Shown piece by piece: positions 1 to 9,389 of a stretch of 35,338 nt of DNA. The position numbers and the translations under genes are program-made. Positions within the stretch are counted from its first letter, which is position 1, and every line of letters starts with the position of its first letter. This stretch comes from Acidimicrobiia bacterium (lineage in GTDB: Bacteria > Actinomycetota > Acidimicrobiia > Spongiisociales > SHLN01), in the NCBI GenBank assembly GCA_051011455.1, contig JBPCTX010000288.1:1-35338 (forward strand). Reading direction: 5' to 3'. Under the pieces are notes generated by a model, which made no database searches, was not told the origin of the DNA, and saw only the letters and a program-made list of their open reading frames with translations.

Positions 1-1
1 G

Positions 2-2044
2 ACTGAGGCCGAGATGAGCGAACTCGTCGTTCGGACTGTTCCGGGGATTCCTGAGGACACCGCGGCAGCCATCGTGGCCCGCGCCGAAGGGATGCCTCTC
101 TATGCGGTCGAGATGATTCGAATGCTCGTCGGTGAAGGTGACATCGCGGCCGAGGACGGGGAGTACCAGTTCACCGGCGAGGTGACCAAGCTGGCCATCC
201 CGGAGTCACTGCAGGCGGTGATCGGGGCCCGCATCGACCGCCTCGACGCAGGTCTGCGCAAGTTGCTGCAGGATGGCGCCATCCTCGGGCAGTCCTTTAC
301 ACCGGCCGGCCTGGCCGCACTCTCGGGTGTTGGCGGTTCAGACCTGGAGACAGCATTGGTGGATCTGGCACGTCGTGAGTTGATCGAGCCGGTACGAGAT
401 CCCCGCTCTCCCGAGCGGGGCCAGTACCGGTTTGTGCAAGGCCTGATTCGAGAGGTCGTGATCGGCCGCATGAGTCGCGATTCCAGGCGTGAGCGGCACA
501 TCGACGCCGCAGTCCACTTCGAGTCGCTCGAGGATCCCGAGCTGGCAGTGGTCGTGGCGAGCCACTACCTGGACGCCTTCGAGGCCACCCCGGATGGGCA
601 GGAGGCGACCGATCTACGCAGCCGGGCTCTCGATACACTGACCGCCTCCGTCGACCGGGTCGCTTCCCTTCGATCCCACGAGCAAGTCTTCGCGATGTGT
701 CAGCAAGCGCTGGAGCTAACCGCAGAAGACAGTGAGCGAGCGCCTTTCTGGGAGCGATTGACGGACGCAGCCGCCAAGCTGGCCGACGTCGATTCGGTGC
801 GGCGTTATGGAAACCTGGCTCTTGACCACTACCGGGCCATTAACGATGAGGCCGGGGTAAACAGGCTGGTGCGGTTGCTGGCCTTCGCCCTCACCGAGCT
901 CCAGATCCCCACCGAGGCACTCGATTTGTTGGCAGAGCACCTGCAGGACCGGGACCTCAATGAGGATGCTGAGTTGGCAAGGGCCGGCGTGGTCTTCGCT
1001 CGCACACTGATGCTGGCCGGCAAATACGACGGGGCGGTGCGGGAAGCGGATCGGGCGCTGGCGGCCACCGAGCGCCTCGGCCTGGTGCCGGACACGATAG
1101 ACGGGATGATCACGCGGGCGACGCTGATCGGAGCGGCCGGCCGACGCCTCGAGGCCCGGGTGGTGCTGGAGGGAACCGTGGAGCTCGCTCGTGAGTGGGA
1201 TCTGCCCCATGCCTCGATCAGGAGCCTCAACAACTTGGGCTATCTATTCGGGCTAACCGATCCCGACTTTGCCTTCGATGCCATCAAATCGGCGCTGCAG
1301 GTATCACGCAAGATCGGCGACCGGACTCAATTTCTGTTCATGACTGGGCAGATGTTCGCGTGGCTGATAGGCCGTGGAGAACTCGCACAGATCGATGTCG
1401 CCCGCGCCGATCCGTTGCTGGAGGGCGCCCCCGAGTCGTTCCAGTCAACCGCCGATTCCTTCGGCGCGCTGGTCGCTCTCCTGCGAGGCCAGGATGACGA
1501 AGCCGAACGCCTGCGAGCCGAAGGTGAGACCCACCGGCAGGCACTCGACGTACAAGGGATTCTCCAGCTGGATGCGACAAACGCCTACTTCGTTGGCGAG
1601 CGGGAGGGCCCACGGGCTGGCTTCTCAGCTGCTATTGAGGTGGTGCGCGAGGGACATATGACGGGTGCCCTGAAGGCCTACCCCTGCGCCTGGTCCAATG
1701 CCCTCCTATCCGGCGACCTGAAGCTTGTGGATGAAGCGGCGCAGCTGGCAGCCGAGCACTACTCCGAGCCGTTCGATAGATACATCCGGGTTCTCCGACA
1801 GATGCCGGCTGTCCGGGAGGGAAATCCAGATGCGATCGCCGCTGCACTCGAAGCGGTTGCCATGCTCGAAGCGGCCAGCAATCCCATCAGCGCTATCGAG
1901 GCCCGGGCGGGCATCGCCCGGTTCCTGCCCACCGACCACCCGGACCGGCCGCACCTAATCGAAGCGGCGTTCCGAGGGTGCGATGAGCTCGGCCTCGACG
2001 GCACCCGGCGGCGCATCGAGAAGTATGTGGTTGGGGCCGGCTAG
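2..2044 (+). CDS. STAND-type NTPase, C-terminal arm plus TPR-like helical repeat region (5'-partial; N-terminus outside window)
   Basis: The frame is open from nt 2, with no stop before the ATG at 14, so the gene likely begins upstream. Segments 'AEGMPLYAVEMIRML' and 'IPESLQAVIGARIDRLD' resemble the region after the P-loop in AAA_16/MalT-LuxR-type and cyclase-fused STAND proteins. The C-terminus is long, Leu/Ala-rich and helical. Stop is TAG at 2042-2044. Confidence 0.65.
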   Translation, partial: TEAEMSELVVRTVPGIPEDTAAAIVARAEGMPLYAVEMIRMLVGEGDIAAEDGEYQFTGEVTKLAIPESLQAVIGARIDRLDAGLRKLLQDGAILGQSFTPAGLAALSGVGGSDLETALVDLARRELIEPVRDPRSPERGQYRFVQGLIREVVIGRMSRDSRRERHIDAAVHFESLEDPELAVVVASHYLDAFEATPDGQEATDLRSRALDTLTASVDRVASLRSHEQVFAMCQQALELTAEDSERAPFWERLTDAAAKLADVDSVRRYGNLALDHYRAINDEAGVNRLVRLLAFALTELQIPTEALDLLAEHLQDRDLNEDAELARAGVVFARTLMLAGKYDGAVREADRALAATERLGLVPDTIDGMITRATLIGAAGRRLEARVVLEGTVELAREWDLPHASIRSLNNLGYLFGLTDPDFAFDAIKSALQVSRKIGDRTQFLFMTGQMFAWLIGRGELAQIDVARADPLLEGAPESFQSTADSFGALVALLRGQDDEAERLRAEGETHRQALDVQGILQLDATNAYFVGEREGPRAGFSAAIEVVREGHMTGALKAYPCAWSNALLSGDLKLVDEAAQLAAEHYSEPFDRYIRVLRQMPAVREGNPDAIAAALEAVAMLEAASNPISAIEARAGIARFLPTDHPDRPHLIEAAFRGCDELGLDGTRRRIEKYVVGAG

Positions 2045-3711
2045 CTCCAGTCGACGCTTCCGGTGGTGGGAGTGAGGTGGATCCAGGTTCGGCCCAGGTC
2101 CATGGGGATCTCTCGTCCGTCCGGCCGCACGAACCTGAAGAACTCGGCGGTGTTGTCGCGTTCCCACGTGACCGGCCAGGCCTTGCCGTTGCGGAACACC
2201 ACCGCCTCGCCGCTGCCGACCACCTGGTAGTCGGGCACGGGTTGGCCGGCTGAGTCGAAGCGTCCAGTATCGATCTGCTCCACAAAGGCCACCACCACCG
2301 AGTCGGCGGTGATGGGAGCCGCGACAGTGTCGACCGATGGTGAACCCGATTGGCGACGGAAGTATGCGCCCCACCTGAACTCCCAAGAGAGGGTATTCGG
2401 CCCGGACATCGCTACATCGATGCTGGTAGCGGGCACGCCCTGGGAGGGGATCCAGGGGTCGTAGCGCAGCACCGGCTCAACCGTGCCCACCCAGCCGTCG
2501 GCGGGGAGCTGCTCGAAGTCGTACATCAAGTCGTATACCGGCGGCCGGCCCGCTTCCCGGTAGTAGCCGGGGATGCGGCCGTTGCCCTCGTCTACGGCTA
2601 CCTCTGACAGAGCTTGCCTGACCGCCGGCACACCGCCGCTGTGAAGCACTCGGGCATCAAAGACCTCTATCAACTTGGGGTCGACCTCACGAACGCTGCG
2701 CAGGGGCCCAACCGTGTCGGGATAGTCCGTTTGATAGAGGGCGATCCAACGTCCGACGCCGCCCTCGACGATGACTTCGATGACGAGATCGGCCTCGGCG
2801 ATGCCGGTTTGAGGGCGAGCCTTGAAGGAGTTGGAGATCTTGCCGATCACCACCCGCTGCGAGGCATCGCCACCAATGCGGCCCGTGAGCGGAGCGATAG
2901 CTGCGGTCTCGCTCACGTGGTGATGCAGATTTCCTGCCACCGGCTGCCACCTCGAACGGCCGAACGGGTAGCCGGCGAGGCCATCGCCGGTCCAGAGGAA
3001 GTTGTGGATGTGAACCATCGACGTGAAAGGACGAAAGGCACCGGGCGAGTCGGCTCCGTCGCCGTCCCAATCACCGATCACAAGTCGGTCTCTGGGGGCT
3101 CCGAAGTACAAAGACCCCGACGAGAGGCCCACGACACCGTCCGCCGGGTCGTTGCTGTAGAAGATGGAGGCCGAGCTAGTGCGGCGGAGGAAGATGCCGT
3201 CGCGCCCATTCCCATCCGGGTCGCCTGCGTAGGGGATGTCGGTATGGGTACCGAACCAGAAGACCTGGTCGGCGACGCTGGTGGCGTTGGTGCCGGACAG
3301 GAAGACTTGCCCCCCGCGGCTGAGCCCGAGAGTGTCGACTCCGTCCCCATCCCAGTCCCCGGCGAAGACTCGATCACCGGGAAGGCCGAAGTGGAACGAC
3401 AGGTCCGCCACCGCATCGCCACCAAAGGAAGGGATCTGGTTGGTCAGGTGCGCAGAGCCGTCCAACGGCCGGTACACGCCGGGTGTATCGATGCCGTCCC
3501 CGTCCCAATCGCCCAACAATGGGATATCGCCTTGGTTTCCGAATGAGAATGTGTAATCGATTTGGCCCGGCAGCTGGACGTGCCATTTCCCGCTCGGCTC
3601 CACCAGAACGACGCGTTCGTTGTCGCCGTCGGCGGCGGCAGCCGACGGCATCGGCAGGAGAGTCGATGCGAACGCGACCGTCAATGCCATGGTCCCGATC
3701 GCCCGTTTCAT
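2041..3711 (-). CDS. Secreted FG-GAP/VCBS-repeat protein fused to a DUF3048 domain
   Basis: N-terminal signal peptide 'MKRAIGTMALTVAFASTLLPMPSAAAADG'. Four or more repeats of type 'GDWDGDG(I/V/A)D(T/S)xG'. C-terminal half carries 'ARPQTGIAEADLVIEVIVEGGVGRWIALYQ...GPLRSVR', matching the DUF3048 signature as I recall it. Overlaps the convergent upstream gene by 4 nt. Confidence 0.75.
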   Translation of the reverse strand: MKRAIGTMALTVAFASTLLPMPSAAAADGDNERVVLVEPSGKWHVQLPGQIDYTFSFGNQGDIPLLGDWDGDGIDTPGVYRPLDGSAHLTNQIPSFGGDAVADLSFHFGLPGDRVFAGDWDGDGVDTLGLSRGGQVFLSGTNATSVADQVFWFGTHTDIPYAGDPDGNGRDGIFLRRTSSASIFYSNDPADGVVGLSSGSLYFGAPRDRLVIGDWDGDGADSPGAFRPFTSMVHIHNFLWTGDGLAGYPFGRSRWQPVAGNLHHHVSETAAIAPLTGRIGGDASQRVVIGKISNSFKARPQTGIAEADLVIEVIVEGGVGRWIALYQTDYPDTVGPLRSVREVDPKLIEVFDARVLHSGGVPAVRQALSEVAVDEGNGRIPGYYREAGRPPVYDLMYDFEQLPADGWVGTVEPVLRYDPWIPSQGVPATSIDVAMSGPNTLSWEFRWGAYFRRQSGSPSVDTVAAPITADSVVVAFVEQIDTGRFDSAGQPVPDYQVVGSGEAVVFRNGKAWPVTWERDNTAEFFRFVRPDGREIPMDLGRTWIHLTPTTGSVDWS

Positions 3712-3844
3712 CCCAGCTCCGCTCCTTCCCGCTGAGTGACCCTATCAACGTTGGCGGGTGGGCGGGCATCGTCTGCGACCAGGCAAATCCTCAAGCCCGC
3801 CGCGCCAGGATCCGATTACTGGTACATGACTCAGGGGAGCAACG

Positions 3845-4657
3845 ATGTCTGATCTCAGCGGGAATCTCGCCGCGTTCGGGCTGCGTCGCGTCCTCCAGCT
3901 CTTGCGGGACGCCGGCACCTCTGGGGAAATGCTGGTGGCAGGCGATGAGGTCAAGGGCCGCGTGTTGTTGAGAGAGGGGCGAATTGCCTACGCCACCACC
4001 GCGTCGGGCTCCGACACGGTGGCCGAGTTGGACTCCCTTCTCCGCAGCTACGAGAGCGAAGGTGCCGATGAGGGACTGCGGTCCCTGGAAGATGTCTTGC
4101 TGGAGAAGCTGGCCGATGTCACCCATGAGCTCATAGCTCTGCCGGCCGGCGTGTTCGAGGTCGTGGAGTCGTCCGTCGATCACGACGAGGAGGTCTATTC
4201 CTTCCCGGTGGATGACGTGCTGGAGCTCGTCGATGCCCGAATTCAGGAGTGGAACGCGATCCGGGAGCTGATTCCCTCCGACGAGGCCGTCTTACGTCTG
4301 GTCTCCCGTCTGCCAGATGAGAGCAGCGACGTGACCTTCGATGCAGCAACGTGGAGCCTGCTGGCCGCCATCGGTGGGGGCGCCTCGATGGCTGAGGTTG
4401 TTACTTCGCTTGGGACGAAGCAGATTCCAACGGCCAGAGGTCTCGTAGGCCTAATCGAGCGGGGCCTGATCGAAGTCGACACCGACCCCGTGGACACTGC
4501 GGTTGAGCCGGCGGTGGAACTGATGATGGAGGCTGAGCCCGAATTGCCCCGCCTCGAACCGGCCGAGGATCCCGTGACATTCTCGAGTGAGGACCTGAGC
4601 CGGGACGAGATCGACGACGTCATTCGCAACATCGGCAGGGGCATCTTCCCCGGCTGA
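3845..4657 (+). CDS. DUF4388 (PatA-N-like) domain protein with acidic C-terminal tail
   Basis: N-terminus 'LSGNLAAFGLRRVLQLLRDAGTSGEMLV...GRVLLREGRIAYA' fits the DUF4388 pattern. SD GGGGAG lies upstream of the ATG at 3845. Confidence 0.65.
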   Translation: MSDLSGNLAAFGLRRVLQLLRDAGTSGEMLVAGDEVKGRVLLREGRIAYATTASGSDTVAELDSLLRSYESEGADEGLRSLEDVLLEKLADVTHELIALPAGVFEVVESSVDHDEEVYSFPVDDVLELVDARIQEWNAIRELIPSDEAVLRLVSRLPDESSDVTFDAATWSLLAAIGGGASMAEVVTSLGTKQIPTARGLVGLIERGLIEVDTDPVDTAVEPAVELMMEAEPELPRLEPAEDPVTFSSEDLSRDEIDDVIRNIGRGIFPG

Positions 4658-4829
4658 ACGGGCCGACGAAGCCGCCGCCACCCTCATCGTGGCGCCCATC
4701 TCAAGCCGCCTTTCCCAACCCTGCTGGGCCTTCATGGTTTTTCGGTGAAGTGCCGATATTCCACCAACGGCTGCCGGACCGGTCCTCAAGGAAGGAGCCC
4801 GGCCCGAGGGCGGCAGAAGAGGAGTTGGC

Positions 4830-5378
4830 ATGGACTACGTGTACGGAGTGCTTCCCGGCCACTCCCGCGGCGAAGCGGAGCTGCTGGTGCTGCCTGAGGA
4901 ACGTGCGGAAGAGTTGGCGGAGATCAGAGATCTACTTCGGTCCCGGACCTGGGGAGAGCTCCGCAGCAAGGCCTCGCCGGGCCGCTACCGGGAACTGCTG
5001 GACAAGCTGGGTTACGGCGAGTTCGCTGAGTTGGCGGCAGAACTCAACATCGGAGCGGGGGTGCGGGGTGCGCTTGAGATGGCTCTGGCCGAATTCGATC
5101 CGCATGCAGTGCCACCCGGAGACGCTGAGCCGTTCGACGCCGACGAAGTGGCCGGCGACTCGGACGGCGAGTACCCGCCTGATCCCCACTACCTGCAGAA
5201 TCTGGTGGTGGCGCCGGAGATAGTGGACCGATGGGGCGAGCGATATCAAGGATCGCATCAGCTGAGTTGCGTGATGTTGCGGGCTGATGGCCTCAACGAT
5301 GTCATCAGCTCACTGGAAGCCGGCGGTCACACCTGCCGGGAGGACGCCGAGTTGATCAGGGCCGGCATCCGCCAGTAG
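4830..5378 (+). CDS. Hypothetical acidic protein (no recognisable family)
   Basis: 182-aa ORF with protein-like composition. SD GAGGAG lies 5 nt upstream of the ATG. It is on the same strand as the flanking DUF4388 and cyclase genes. Confidence 0.5.
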   Translation: MDYVYGVLPGHSRGEAELLVLPEERAEELAEIRDLLRSRTWGELRSKASPGRYRELLDKLGYGEFAELAAELNIGAGVRGALEMALAEFDPHAVPPGDAEPFDADEVAGDSDGEYPPDPHYLQNLVVAPEIVDRWGERYQGSHQLSCVMLRADGLNDVISSLEAGGHTCREDAELIRAGIRQ

Positions 5379-5509
5379 AGGGCGGGAACTGTGGAGGTCC
5401 GATCCACCGAACCGCCAGAGGCGGACGATTAGGTTCGACCCTGACGACAGTTGGGGACGACATCAAGAAACGGCTAGAAGCGATCAGCCTCCGGATCAGC
5501 TCGATAGGT

Positions 5510-6709
5510 GTGGCCCCGGATGATGGCGAGCATGTCATCCTCCAGAAGCAGTTGCTCCTCTTCTCTGCGGTGATGATCGGCGGCGCCGCCGCCGTGTGGG
5601 GCCTCCTCTACCTCGCTCTTGGCGAGCCGCTGGCAGGCTCGATTCCCTTGTCATACTCGATCCTGTCGGCTGGATCGATCGCTCTGTTCTCCAGACATAA
5701 GCGATACCGGCTGTTTCGGAGTAGCCAACTAGCGCTGACCCTGGTGCTGCCGTTCCTGCTGTCGGTAGCGCTTGGCGGGATAGCCAACTCGTCGGCGGTG
5801 GTGCTCTGGTCGCTGACCTCTCCACTGGGGGCGCTGGTGTTCGGGGGCCGGGCCCGTGGCTGGTTCGCCGGGTTTGTAGCCGCCGTGCTGGGCGCCGGGT
5901 TGCTGGAACCGGTGGTGGACGGGCCGGCCGGTCTCAGCTCCAGCACTATCACCATCTTCTTCGTCGCCAACATCCTCGGCGTGGCCACCGTGGCCTTCAT
6001 CCTGCTCCAATACTTCACCAGCCAGCGGGAGTCCGCCTTCAACCTGCTCGCAGATGAGCAGGAGAAGTCCGAAGCTCTCCTCCTCAACATTCTCCCCAAG
6101 CAGATCGCTGAGGCCCTCAAGGCTTCCCCGACCACGATCGCCGATCACTACGAGGGCGCCAGCGTGCTGTTCGCCGACGTCGTTGAGTTCACCCCGATGT
6201 CGGCGCTCATGACACCAACCGAACTAGTCGAGCTTCTCAACGACGTGTTCACCTACTTTGATGAGGTAGCCGACGAGATGGGCATCGAAAAGATCAAGAC
6301 CATCGGCGATGCCTATATGGCGGCGGCCGGGGTCCCGGATCCGCGACCGGACCATGCTCACGCTCTCACCAGGATGGCACTCCAGGTTCGCGACTACTTT
6401 GCCGCAGGCGAATTCGAGGGCAAGCGTCTGAGTTTTCGTATCGGAATCAACTCCGGGCCTCTAGTGGCAGGCGTGATTGGCACTCGCAAGTTCATCTACG
6501 ATCTGTGGGGCGATGCGGTCAACACCGCCAGCCGCATGGAGTCGCAAGGAACCCAGGGAGCAATTCAGATCACCCGCGCCACCTACGAGCTCATTAAGGA
6601 CGACTTCGAATGTGAGCCCCGCGGGACGGTGGCCGTCAAGGGCAAAGGCGAGATGGAGGTCTGGCACGTGGTGCGAGAGCGGCCGGCGATCAGGAGACCT
6701 CCGCGCTAG
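5510..6709 (+). CDS. Membrane-anchored class III adenylate cyclase (about 6 TM helices plus cyclase domain)
   Basis: Hydrophobic N-terminal half. The catalytic domain carries 'VLFADVVEFT', 'KTIGDAYMAAAG', 'IGINSGPLVAGVIG', 'YDLWGDAVNTASRMES'. The canonical Lys (KTIGD) and Asp (YDLWG) pair suggests ATP specificity. The GTG start at 5510 is uncertain. Confidence 0.9.
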   Translation: MAPDDGEHVILQKQLLLFSAVMIGGAAAVWGLLYLALGEPLAGSIPLSYSILSAGSIALFSRHKRYRLFRSSQLALTLVLPFLLSVALGGIANSSAVVLWSLTSPLGALVFGGRARGWFAGFVAAVLGAGLLEPVVDGPAGLSSSTITIFFVANILGVATVAFILLQYFTSQRESAFNLLADEQEKSEALLLNILPKQIAEALKASPTTIADHYEGASVLFADVVEFTPMSALMTPTELVELLNDVFTYFDEVADEMGIEKIKTIGDAYMAAAGVPDPRPDHAHALTRMALQVRDYFAAGEFEGKRLSFRIGINSGPLVAGVIGTRKFIYDLWGDAVNTASRMESQGTQGAIQITRATYELIKDDFECEPRGTVAVKGKGEMEVWHVVRERPAIRRPPR

Positions 6710-9345
6710 CCGTCGAGCACGCGAGCCACTGCCTCGTCCAGATCCCAGCGCCGGCCTTCGCTAAGAAGTGAGTCTGCGGAGCGAGACCCCAGGACTTCTC
6801 TGGCTTCGGCCGCGTATTCCCCCCACAGTCGCAACTCAAGGCTGTGGCCTCCCAGGCGGTCTCTCATTGCCCCGGTAGCACCTAGCAAACGGGCCGCGAC
6901 GTCAGTGCGGCCCTGTGCCAGTTCGACGGCGGCTGCCTGGTCCAGGGCATGAGCTGTGCAACCCTTGTTTCCGAGCTCGAACAGGGCCCTCACCGCTGCG
7001 GCCACGCTTGGGCGAGACTCGTCCACCTGTCCCATCACACGCTGGATGGCGCCGAGCGACTCGTGGAGGTGGCCGATCATGTTGCGGTCGCCGACCACTC
7101 GGCTCGAAGCCAGGAGGTTGTCGCACACGGCATATAGGCGCTCCAACTCGCCCTGGCTCAGGTCTCCCGGCCTACGGTTCTCTGCCAGGGTGGCGCCGGC
7201 CTCGATCCACTGTGCAAATCCGACGCCGGTGAAGTTGCCGCGGTCTGAGAACGCTTCCATCGCCTGTCCGGCCAGTTGCCGGGAAAGGGCGTAATCCTCA
7301 TCGAAAGTGGCCAGCAGCGCTCGGTAGCCCAGGGCCCACGCTTCATGGGTCCGGGAGCCGATCTCCCGCGCCGTGTGGAGCGCCTCGTCCAGCCGCGCGG
7401 TGGCACTGTCGTTCTCGCCGTGTTCCCAGGCGAACTGGGCAGCGCCAATCAGCACACCGACCCGGAGCTGTGGGTCAACATCTGCCTGTGCCAGGGCGGT
7501 CTTGAGCCAGGCGTCCCCTTCCTCGAAGTGTGAGTGAAGCCACCAGAAAGGCCAGATTGAGCGGGCAATTCGCAGGGCCGGCTCAGGTGTCCCTTCCATG
7601 ACCGTTCGTTCGAGAACCGCCCGCAGGTTGTCGTGATCAGCCTCTAACCGGGCAAGCCATTCGAGCTGGTCGGATGACCGCAACTTGCTGCTCGCTTGTT
7701 CGGCCAGGCGGACGAACCAGTTCTGATGGTTCTGGATGTAGTCAGCGTGCTCGCCGGCTTCCTCGAGGCGGGCGGCCGAGTACTCGCGAACCGTCTCCAG
7801 CAGCCGGTATCGCATTCCTCCCGGCCGCGATTCGGCCTCGACCATGGACTTGCGAGTCAGCTGAGAGACGAGATCGAGTATTTGGGCGGGTTCGATGGGG
7901 TCTCCCGGGCAAACTTCTTCCGCAGCCTCCAATGAGAAGTCGCCCCGGAAGACTGCCAATCTCCTGAGCAGTGCCTGCTCCGGGGCATCCAGCAGGTTGA
8001 AGCCCCAGTCCAGGGTGGCTTGCAGGGTCTGTTGGCGAGGGTCGGCGGTCCGGCTCCCTCCAGTCAGCAATGCGAATCGATCGCCAAGCCGGGCATCGAT
8101 CTGCTCCGGAGTCAGAACGTCCGACCGGGCGCCGGCCAGCTCGATTGCCAGAGGTATCCCGTCGAGACGGCGGCAGATTGACCCGATGGCTTCCTCGTTG
8201 TCGGGCGTGAGTATGAAGCCGTGACGGACGGAAGCGGCCCGCTCCACGAAGAGGGCGACCGAGTCGTACGCGATCGGCTCGTCGGTCTTTGAGGACGGAG
8301 TGGCAGGCGGGGTGGCTAGAGCCGGGATCGGCCATGTCGTTTCTCCCTCAACACGGAGGGGCTGGCGGCTGGTGGCAAGGATCTGGACATGCCGGCATGT
8401 GTCCAGCAGGAATCCGGCAGTATCGGCGCAGGCGTCGATTAGATGCTCGCAGTTATCCAGCACGAGCAGCAGTCGGTGGTCTCTGATCGTGGCGACCAAC
8501 GACTGCCTGAGATCGAGGGCGGCATGCTGGTCGACGTTCAGTGCGGCCGCCAAAGCCTGGTCAACCAGGGAGGAGTCTCGGAGCGGTCCCAGTTCGACTA
8601 TCCAGGTCCCGTGCGTGAACTGCTCGGCCCGGGCGGCAGTTTCAATGGCCAACCGGGTTTTGCCGGCACCACCGGGACCAAGAATCGTCACGAGTCGATT
8701 GTCGGCGACCAGCGCTGTGACTTCATCCAACTCCGATCTCCTGCCGATGAAGGCGGATGAGTATCCGGGGAGGTTGCCGGCCCCCACCTGGTCAGCGTTC
8801 AGGGGAGGAAAGCCGGCTTTTAGATCGGGGTGGACCAGCTGATAGAGAGTGTGCAACCCCGACAGTCCCCTGAGGTGCACCGACCCGGCTTCATCCAGCC
8901 GGGACCGATCCGGCAGGGTCCCAGCTGCAAGGTCCCGTGCCGACGATGAGACCAGGGTTTGGCCTCCGTGAGCTGCCCCCATGACCCGGGCTGTCTGATT
9001 CAGTGTCGGCCCGAAGTAGTCACCGCCGCGCTCTTCGGCGCTACCGGCGTGCAACCCCATTCGCACGTGTATTCCGGATGGAAACGGCCACGGCTCGGAC
9101 TCGATCGCCACCTGGCCGGCCAGGGCGGCAGCTACCGCATCGGCTGCCGAGGAGAATGCTGCTGCGAAGCCGTCTCCGGTGTGCTTGAACACCCGTCCGT
9201 TGTGCATCACTACCACTTCGCCGAGGAGCTGATCGTGACGGGCCAGAGCATCTGCCATCTCCCTCGGATGGATTTCCCATAGCGAGGTGCTGCCCTCAAT
9301 GTCGGTGAACAGGAAAGCAAACGTGCCAGAAACCGGGCCGGCCAT
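6706..9345 (-). CDS. Class III nucleotide cyclase - NB-ARC STAND ATPase - TPR protein
   Basis: Cyclase motifs: 'FLFTDIEGST', 'FKHTGDGFAAAF', 'VRMGLHAG', 'GPTLNQTARV'. Walker A is 'GPGGAGKTRLA' and Walker B is 'LLLVLDNCEH'. The NB-ARC GLPL-type motif 'LDGIPLAIELAG' is present. The C-terminus is TPR-like, and no LuxR HTH was recognised. The ATG at 9345 is preceded by AAAGGAGG; the ORF track's upstream GTG at 9366 is less likely. Confidence 0.9.
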   Translation of the reverse strand: MAGPVSGTFAFLFTDIEGSTSLWEIHPREMADALARHDQLLGEVVVMHNGRVFKHTGDGFAAAFSSAADAVAAALAGQVAIESEPWPFPSGIHVRMGLHAGSAEERGGDYFGPTLNQTARVMGAAHGGQTLVSSSARDLAAGTLPDRSRLDEAGSVHLRGLSGLHTLYQLVHPDLKAGFPPLNADQVGAGNLPGYSSAFIGRRSELDEVTALVADNRLVTILGPGGAGKTRLAIETAARAEQFTHGTWIVELGPLRDSSLVDQALAAALNVDQHAALDLRQSLVATIRDHRLLLVLDNCEHLIDACADTAGFLLDTCRHVQILATSRQPLRVEGETTWPIPALATPPATPSSKTDEPIAYDSVALFVERAASVRHGFILTPDNEEAIGSICRRLDGIPLAIELAGARSDVLTPEQIDARLGDRFALLTGGSRTADPRQQTLQATLDWGFNLLDAPEQALLRRLAVFRGDFSLEAAEEVCPGDPIEPAQILDLVSQLTRKSMVEAESRPGGMRYRLLETVREYSAARLEEAGEHADYIQNHQNWFVRLAEQASSKLRSSDQLEWLARLEADHDNLRAVLERTVMEGTPEPALRIARSIWPFWWLHSHFEEGDAWLKTALAQADVDPQLRVGVLIGAAQFAWEHGENDSATARLDEALHTAREIGSRTHEAWALGYRALLATFDEDYALSRQLAGQAMEAFSDRGNFTGVGFAQWIEAGATLAENRRPGDLSQGELERLYAVCDNLLASSRVVGDRNMIGHLHESLGAIQRVMGQVDESRPSVAAAVRALFELGNKGCTAHALDQAAAVELAQGRTDVAARLLGATGAMRDRLGGHSLELRLWGEYAAEAREVLGSRSADSLLSEGRRWDLDEAVARVLDG

Positions 9346-9389
9346 GGGCCTCCTTTCGCGATGCACCCTACCGACCGGCGGTCGACCGT

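Noticed and set aside
5431-5443. tRNA-like T-loop 'aggttcgaccct' in the 5379-5509 intergenic region
   Set aside because: The flanking bases cannot form a 5-bp T-stem, and no acceptor or anticodon arms can be drawn. It is not a tRNA.
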